From Eledone cirrhosa (lineage: Eukaryota): a DNA stretch of 64,000 nt. Location: the NCBI GenBank assembly GCA_964016885.1, contig OZ024760.1, forward strand, positions 34,472,001 through 34,536,000, read 5' to 3'. Each line of letters begins with the position of its first letter. Positions within the stretch are counted from its first letter, which is position 1. Shown here one piece after another: positions 53,801 through 64,000 of this stretch. The position numbers were made by a program, and so were the translations under genes. The notes beneath the pieces were generated by a model, which saw only the letters and a program-made list of their open reading frames with translations, searched no databases and was not told where the DNA came from.

Positions 53801-56800
53801 TATAAATAAAGATACTATTATAAAGATACTCTAACTAAAGATACTATAACTAAAGATACTCTAACTAAAGATACTATAGTAAAGATACTATAGTAAAGAC
53901 ACTATAACTAAAGATACTATAGTTAAGATACTATAGTAAAGACACTATAACTAAAGATACTATAGTTAAGATACTATAGTAAAGATACTATCGTAGAGAT
54001 ACTATAGTAAAGATACTATAACTAAAGATACTATAGTAAAGATACTATAGTTAAGATACTATAACTAAATATACTATTGTAAAGATACTATAATAAAGAT
54101 ACTATAACTAAAGGTACTACAGTAAAGATACTATAACTAAAGATACTATAGTAAAGAAACTATAAGATACTATAACTAAATATACTATAGTAAAGATACT
54201 ATATAAAGATACTCTAACTAAAGTAACTATTGTAAAGATACTATAACTAAAGATAATATAGTAAAGATACTATAGTAAAGACACTATAACTAATGATACT
54301 ATAACTAAAGATACTATAGTAAGGATACTAGAACTAAAGGTACTATAGTAAAGATATAACTAAAGATTCTATAGTAAAGATACTATAACTAAAGATGCTA
54401 TAGTAAAGATATTATAACTGAAGATACTATAGTAAAGACACTAACTAAAGATACTATGGTAAAGATACTATAACTAAAGATACTATAACTAAAGATACTA
54501 TAGTAAAGATACTATAGTAAAGATGCTATAACTAAAGATACTATAGTAAAGATACTATAGTAAGGATACTGTAAATAAAAATACTATCACTAAAGATACT
54601 ATAGTAAAGATACTTTAACTAAGGATACTATAGTAAAGATACTATAACTAAACATACTATAACTAAACATACTATAACTAAACATACTATAGTAAGGATA
54701 CTATAACTAAAGATACGGTAGTTAAGATACCATAAGTAAAGATACTATAGTAAAGGTACTATAACTGAAGATACTATAGTAAAGATACTATAAATAAAGA
54801 TACTACAGTAAAGATACTATAGTAAAGACACTATAACTAAAGATACTATATTTAAGATACTATAGTAAAGTTACTATAACTAAAGATACTATAGTAAAGA
54901 TGTTACCGTAGAGATACTATAGTAAAGATACTATAACTAAAGCTACTATAATAAAGATACTATAGTAAAGATATTATAACTAAAGATACTATAACTAAAG
55001 ATACTATAGTAAAGATACTCTAACTAAAGATGATATAGTAAAGATATTATAACTGAAGATACTATAGTAAAGACACTAACTAAAGATACTACGGTAAAGA
55101 TACTATAACTAAAGATACTATAGAAAGATGATATAGTAAAGATACTATAACTAAAGATACTATAATAAAGACACTATAACTAAAGATACTATAGTAAAGA
55201 TACTATAGTAAGTTTACTGTAAATAAAGATACTTTAACTAAAGATACTATAGTAAAGATTCTATAGTAAAGATACTATAACTAAACATACTATAACTAGA
55301 CATACTATAGTAAAGATACTATAACTAAAGATACGGTAGTTAAGATACCATAATTAAAGATACTATATTAAAGATACTATAGTAAAGGTACTATAACTGA
55401 AGATGCTAAAGTGAAGATACTATAGTAAAGATATTATAACTGAATATACTATATTAAAGACACTAACTAAAGATACTATGGTAAAGATACTATAGTAAAG
55501 ATGATATAGTAAAGATACTATAACTAAAGATATTATAACTAAAGATACTATAGTAAAGACACTATAACTAAAGATACTATAGTAAAGATGCTATAACTAA
55601 AGATACTATAGTAAGGATACTGTAAATAAAGATACTATAACTAAAGATACTATAGTAAAGATACTATAGAAAAGATTCTATAGTAAAGATACTATAACTA
55701 AACATACTATAACTAAACATACTATAGTAAAGATACTATAACTAAAGATACGGTAGTTAAGATACCATAAGGAAAGATACTATATTAAAGATACTATAGT
55801 AAAGGTACTATAACTAAAGATACTATAGTAAAGAAACTATAACTAAAGATGCTATAGTAAAGATACTATAGTAAAGATACTATAAATAATGATACTACAG
55901 TAAAGATACTATAGTAAAGACACTATAACTAAATATTCTATAGTTAAGATACTATAACTAAATATACTATAGTAAGGATACTATAACTAAAGATACTATA
56001 ATAAAGATACTCTAACAAAAGATGCTATAGCAAAGATACTATAACTAAAGATACTATAGTAAAGATTCTATAGTAAAGATACTATATGTAATAATACTAT
56101 AGCTAAACATACTATAGTCAAGATACTATAACTAAAGATATTATAGTAAAGATAATATAATTAAAGATGCTATTGAAAAGATACTATAAATAAAGATACT
56201 ATTGTAAAGGTATTATAACAAAGATACTATAACTAAAGATACTATAGTAAAGATACTATAACTAAAGTAACTATTGTAAAGATACTATAGTATAGATATA
56301 ACTAAAGATACTATAGTAAAGATGCTATAACTAAAGATACTATAACTAATGATACTATAACTAAAGATACTATTGTAAAGATACTATAATAAAGATACGA
56401 TAAGTGAAGATACTATAGTAAAGATACTATAACTATAGGTACTATAGTAAAGATATTATAACTAAAGATGCTATAAGTAAAGATACTATAGTAAAGATAC
56501 TATAACTAAACATGCTATAGTACAGATACTATTGTAAAGATATGACTGAAGATACTATAGTAAAGACACTACCTAAACATACTATGGTAAAGATACTATA
56601 ACTATAGATACTATAGTAAAGACACTATAACTAAAGATACTATAACTAAAGATACTATAGTAAAGATACCATAGTAAAGATGCTATAACTAAAGATACTA
56701 TAGTAAGGATACTGTAAATAAAGATACTATAACTAAAGATACTATAGTAAAGATACTATAGTAAATATACTTTAACTAAAGATACTATAGTAAAGATTCT

Positions 56801-59800
56801 ATAGTAAAGATACTATAACTAAACATACTATAACTAAAAATACTATAGTAAAGATATTATAACTAAAGATACGGTAGTTAAGATACCATAAGTAAAGATA
56901 CTATAGTAAATATACTATAGTAGAGATACTATAATTATAGATACTATTGAAAATATACTATAACTAAAGATACTATAGTAAAGGTACTATAACAAAGATA
57001 CTATAACTAAAGATACTATAGTAAAGATACTATAACTAAAGATACTATAACTAATGATACTATAACTAAAGATACTATAGTAAAGATACTAAAATAAAGA
57101 TACGATAAGTGAAGATACTATATTAAAGATACTATAACTAAAGATACTATAACTAAAGATAATATAGTAAAGATACTATAACTGAAGGTACTATAGCTGA
57201 AGATACTATAGTATAGATACTATAACTAAAGCTACTATAATAAAGATACTATAGTAAAGATATTATAACTAAAGATACTATAACTAAAGATACTATAGTA
57301 AAGATAGAATAATAAAGATACTATAGGAAAGATACTATAACTAAAGATGATATAGTAAAGATATTATAACTGAAGATACTATAGTAAAGACACTAACTAA
57401 AGATACTATGGTAAAGATACTATAACTAAAGATACTATAGAAAGATGATATAGTAAAGATACTATAACTAAAGATACTATAACTAAAGATACTATAATAA
57501 AGACACTATAACTAAAGATACTATAGTAAAGATACTATAGTAAAGATGCTATAACTAAAGGAACTATAGTAAAGATACTATAGTAAAGATTCTATAGTAA
57601 AGATACTATAACTAAACATACTATAACTAGACATACTATAGTAAAGATACTATAACTAAAGATACGGTAGTTAAGATACCATAATTAAAGATACTATATT
57701 AAAGATACTATAGTAAAGGTACTATAACTAAAGATGCTATAGTAAAGATACTCTAACTAAAGATACTTTAACTAAAGATACTATAGTAAAGATACTATGA
57801 ATAAAGATACTACACTAAAGATACTATAGTAAAGACACTATAACTAAAGATACTATAGTAAAGATATTACCGTAGAGATACTATAATAAAGATACTATAA
57901 CTAAAGATACTATAGTATAGATATAACTAAATATACTATAGTAAAGATACTATAACTAAAGATACTATAATAAAGATACTCTAACAAAAGATGCTATAGC
58001 AAAGATACTATAACTAAAGATACTATAGTCAAGATACTATAACTAAAGATATTATAGTAAAGATACTATAGTAGAGATACTATAACTAAAGATACTATAA
58101 CAAAGATACTATAACTAAAGATACTATAGTAAAGATACTATAACTAAAGTAACTATTGTAAAGATACTATAGTGTAGATATAACTAAAGATACTATAACT
58201 AAAGATACTATAACTAATGATACTATAACTAAAGATACTATAGTAAAGATACTAAAATAAAGATACGATAAGTGAAGATACTATAACTAAAGATACTATA
58301 GTAAAGATACTATAATAAAGTTACTATAGTAAAGATACTATAGTAAAGATATTTAACTGAAGATACTATAGTAAAGACACTATAACTAAATATACTATGG
58401 TAAAGATACTATAACTAAAGATACTATAGTAAAGATAATATAGTAAAAATACTATAACTAAAGATACTATAACTAAAGATACTATAGTAAAGATACTATA
58501 GTAACGACACTATAGCTAAAGATACTATAGTAAATATACTATAACTAAAGATACTATAGTAAAATACTATAACTAAATGATACTGTAGTAAAGATATAAC
58601 TAAAGATACTATAACTAAATATACTATAGTAAATATACTATAACTAAAGATACTATAATAAAGATACTCTAACAAAAGATGCTATAGCAAAGATACTATA
58701 GTAAAGATTCTATAGTAAAGATACTATAACTAAAGATACTATAACTAAACATACTATAGTAAATATACTATAGTAGAGATACTATAATTATAGATACTAT
58801 TGAAAATATACTATAACTAAAGATACTATAGTAAAGGTACTATAACAAAGATACTATAACTAAAGATACTATAACTAATGATACTATAACTAAAGATACT
58901 ATAGTAAAGATACTAAAATAAAGATACGATAAGTGAAGATACTATATTAAAGATACTATAACTAAAGATACTATAACTAAGGATACTATAGTAAAGATAC
59001 TATAACTGAAGATACTATAGCTGAAGATACTATAGTAAAGATACTATAACTAAAGCTACTATAATAAAGATACTATAGTAAAGATACTATAGTTAAGATA
59101 TTATAACTAAAGATACTATAGTAAAGATAGAATAATAAAGATACTATAGGAAAGATACTATAACTAAAGATAATATAGTAAAGATATTATAACTGAAGAT
59201 ACTATAGTAAAGACACTAACTAAAGATACTATGGTAACGATACTATAGAAAGATGATATAGTAAAGATACTATAACTAAAGATACTATAATAAAGACACT
59301 ATAACTAAAGATACTATAGTAAAGATACTATAGTAAAGATACTATAGTAAAGATACTATAGTAAAGATACTATAGTAAGTTTACTGTAAATAAAGATACT
59401 TTAACTAAAGATACTATAGTAAAGATTCTATAGTAAAGATACTATAACTAAAGATACTATAGTAAAGATAATATAGTAAAAATACTATAACTAAAGATAC
59501 TATAACTAAAGATACTATAGTAAAGATACTATAGTAAAGACACTATAGCTAAAGATACTATAGTAAAGATACTAAAATAAAGATACGATAAGTGAAGATA
59601 CTATAACTAAAGATACTATAGTAAAGATACTATAATAAAGTTACTATAGTAAAGATACTATAGTAAAGATATTTAACTGAAGATACTATAGTAAAGACAC
59701 TATAACTAAATATACTATGGTAAAGATACTATAATAAAGATACTATAACTAAAGATACTATAGTAAAGATACTATAGTAAAGATAATATAGTAAAAATAC

Positions 59801-62800
59801 TATAACTAAAGATACTATAGTAAAGATACCCATAGTAAAGACACTATAGCTAAAGATACTATAGTAAATATACTATAACTAAAGATACTATAACTATAGA
59901 TACTATAGTAAAATACTATAACTAAATGATACTGTAGTAAAGATATAACTAAAGATACTATAAATAAAGATACTATTATAAAGATACTCTAACTAAAGAT
60001 ACTATAACTAAAGATACTCTAACTAAAGATACTATAGTAAAGACACTATAACTAAAGATACTATAGTTAAGATACTATAGTAAAGACACTATAACTAAAG
60101 ATACTATAGTTAAGATACTATAGTAAAGATACTATCGTAGAGATACTATAGTAAAGATACTATAACTAAAGATACTATAGTAAAGATACTATAGTTAAGA
60201 TACTATAACTAAATATACTATTGTAAAGATACTATAATAAAGATACTATAACTAAAGGTACTACAGTAAAGATACTATAACTAAATATACTATAGTAAAG
60301 AAACTATAAGATACTATAACTAAATATACTATAGTAAAGATACTATATAAAGATACTCTAACTAAAGTAACTATTGTAAAGATACTATAACTAAAGATAA
60401 TATAGTAAAGATACTATAGTAAAGACACTATAACTAATGATACTATAACTAAAGATACTATAGTAAAGATACTATAACTAAAGGTACTATAGTAAAGATA
60501 TAACTAAAGATTCTATAGTAAAGATACTATAACTAAAGATGCTATAGTAAAGATACTATAGTAAAGATATTATAACTGAAGATACTATAGTAAAGACACT
60601 AACTAAAGATACTATGGTAAAGATACTATAACTAAAGATACTATAACTAAAGATACTATAGTAAAGATACTATAGTAAAGATGCTATAACTAAAGATACT
60701 ATAGTAAAGATACTATAGTAAGGATACTGTAAATAAAAATACTATCACTAAAGATACTATAGTAAAGATACTTTAACTAAGGATACTATAGTAAAGATAC
60801 TATAACTAAACATACTATAACTAAACATACTATAGTAAGGATACTATAACTAAAGATACGGTAGTTAAGATACCATAAGTAAAGATACTATAGTAAAGGT
60901 ACTATAACTGAAGATACTATAGTAAAGATACTATAAATAAAGATACTACAGTAAAGATACTATAGTAAAGACACTATAACTAAAGATACTATATTTAAGA
61001 TACTATAGTAAAGTTACTATAACTAAAGATACTATAGTAAAGATGTTACCGTAGAGATACTATAGTAAAGATACTATAACTAAAGATACTATAATTAAAG
61101 ATACTGTAGTGAAGATACTATAACTAAAGATACTATTATAAAGATACTCTAACTAAAGATACTATAGTAAAGATTCTATAGTAAAGATACTATAGTAAAG
61201 ACACTATAACTAAAGATACTATAGTTAAGATACTATAGTAAAGACACTATAACTAAAGATACTATAGTTAAGATACTATCGTAGAGATACACTAGTAAAG
61301 ATACTATAACTAAAGATACTATAGTAAAGATACTATAGTTAAGATACTATAACTAAATATACTATTGTAAAGATACTATAATAAATATACTATAACTGAA
61401 GCTACTACAGTAAAGATACTATAACTAAAGATATTATAGTAATGAAACTATAAGATACTATAGTAAACATATTATAACTAAAGATACTATAGTAAAGATA
61501 CTATAATAATATTATAATACTATAATATAAAGATACTATAGTAAAGATACTTAACTGAAGATACTATAGCTGAAGATACTATAGTAAAGATACTATAACT
61601 AAAGATACTATAATAAAGATACTATAGTAAAGATACTATAACTAAAGATACTATAGTAAAGATACTATAGTAAATATAATATAGTAAAAATACTATAAGT
61701 AAAGATACTATAACTAAAGATACTATAGTAAAGACACTATAGCTAAAGATACTATAGTAAAGATACTATAACTAAAGATACTATAACTAAAGATACTATA
61801 GTAAAATACTATAACTAAAGATACTATAGTAAAGATATAACTAAAGATACTATAACTAAAGATACTATAGTAAAGATACTATAGTAAAGATATAACTAAA
61901 GATACTATAATAAAGATACTATAGTAAAGATACTATAACTAAAGATACTATAGTAAAGATACTATAGTAAATATAATATAGTAAAAATACCATAAGTAAA
62001 CATATTATAACTAAAGATACTATAGTAAAGATACTATAATAAAGATACTATAGTAAAGATACTTAACTGAAGATACTATAGCTGAAGATACTATAACTAA
62101 AGATACTATAATAAAGATACTATAGTAAAGACACTATAACTAAAGATACTATAGTTAAGATACTATAGTATAGACACTATAACTAAAGATACTATAGTAA
62201 AGATACTATTGTAGAGATACTATAGTAAAGATACTGTAGTTAAGATACTATAACTAAATATACTATTCTAAAGATACTATAACTCAAGATGCTATAATAA
62301 AGATACTATAACTAAAGCTACTACAGTAAAGATACTATAATAAAGATACTATAGTAAAGATACTCTAACTAAAGTAACTATTGTAAAGATACTATAACTA
62401 AAGATAATATAGTAAAGATACTATAACTAAAGATACTATAGTAAAGACACTATAACTGATGATACTATAACTGATGATACTATAACTAAAGATACTATAG
62501 TAAAGATACTATAACTAAAGATACTATAGTAAAGATACTATAACAGAAGATACTATAGCTAAAGATACTATAACTAAAGATACTATAATAAAGATACTAT
62601 AGTAAAGATACTATAACTAAAGATACTATAACTAAAGATACTATAGTAATGATATTATAACTAAAGATACTATAATAAAGATACTATAGTAAAGATACTA
62701 TAACTAAAGATGCTATAGTAAAGAGACTATAGTAAAGATATTATAACTGAAGATACTAACTAAAGATACTATGGTAAAGATACTATAACTAAACATACTA

Positions 62801-64000
62801 TAGTAAGGATACTGTAAATAAAGATACTATAGTAAAGATACTATAGTAAAGATTCTATAGTAAAGATACTATAACTAAACATACTATAACTAAACATACT
62901 ATAGTAAAGATACTATAACTAAAGATACGGTAGTTAAGATACCATAAGTAAAGATACTATATTAAAGATACTATAGTAAAGGTACTATAACTAAAGATAC
63001 TATAGTAAAGATACTATAACTAAAGATGATATAGTAAAGATACTCTAACTAAAGATACTATAGTAAAGATACTACAGTAAAGATACTATATTAAAGACAC
63101 TATAACTAAAGATACTATATTTAAGATACTATAGTAAAGATACTATAACTAAAGATACAATAGTAAAGATATTACCGTAGAGATACTATAGTAAAGATAC
63201 TATAACTAAAGATACTATAATAAAGATACTCTAACAAAAGATGCTATAGCAAAGATACTATAACTTCAGATACTATAGTAAAGATTCTATAGTAAAAATA
63301 CTATAACTAAAGATACTATAACTAAACATACTATAGTAAAGATACTATAACTAAAGATACTATAGTAAAGATACTATAGTAAAATACTATAGTAGAGATA
63401 CTATAACTAAAGATACTATTGAAAAGATACTATAGTAAAGGTACTATAACAAAGATACTATAACTAAAGATACTATAACTAAAGTAACTATTGTAAAGAT
63501 ACTATAGTATAGATATAACTAAAGATACTATAGTAAAGATACTATAACTAAAGATACTATAACTAAAAATACTATAGTAAAGATACTAAAATAAAGATAT
63601 GATAAGTGAAGATACTATAACTAAAGATACTATAACTAAAGATACTATAGTGAAGATACTATAGTAAAGATACTATAACTGAAGATACTATAGCTAAAGA
63701 TACTATAGTAAAGATACTATAACTAAAGATACTATAATAAAGATACTATAGTAAAGATACTATAACTAAAGATACTATAGTAAAGATATTTTTAACTAAA
63801 GATACTATAATAAAGATACTATAGTAAAGATACTATAGTAAAGATATTTAACTGAAGATACTATAGTAAAGTCACTATAACTAAATATACTATGGTAAAG
63901 ATACTATAACTAAAGATACTATAGTAAAGATAATATAGTAAAAATACTATAACTAAAGATACTATAACTAAAGATACCATAGTAAAGTACTATAACTAAA
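29866..64000. repeat. Satellite DNA array >34 kb, monomers AAAGATACTATAGT (14 bp) and AAAGATACTATAACT (15 bp) with variants
   Basis: Continuous, single-orientation array that runs off the window end, with no ORFs of 60 aa or more and no visible insertions. Confidence 0.99.

Noticed and set aside
29866-64000. CRISPR-like or coding tandem array
   Set aside because: No unique spacers, no cas genes, eukaryotic context and frequent stop codons; it is a satellite.

Overview
Repeat-saturated eukaryotic genomic DNA. The RTE, SINE and Helitron families and the huge (TA)n tracts suggest a mollusc, probably a cephalopod such as Octopus; this is an inference. No host protein-coding gene is recognisable. 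Bases 1-~29,860 are a nest of mostly defective mobile elements embedded in AT microsatellites. They include two Penelope-like retroelements (a Neptune-like and a Naiad-like copy, RT + GIY-YIG) and four RTE-clade LINE copies, one near full-length; three of them retain a PHD-type finger after the RT core. There are also a CR1-like fragment, two tRNA-derived SINE families, several non-autonomous Helitron-like elements, and mariner and piggyBac-like remnants. Bases ~29,866-64,000 are one continuous 14/15-bp satellite array with kb-scale higher-order duplications. The most notable hidden signal is a set of seven type I hammerhead-ribozyme-like motifs in four unrelated sequence families, read by eye. 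They sit in Penelope pseudo-LTRs and in tiny ORF-less units. One is a 360-bp palindrome carrying two outward-facing canonical hammerheads, and one family shows a repeated non-canonical CAGAAGA core.
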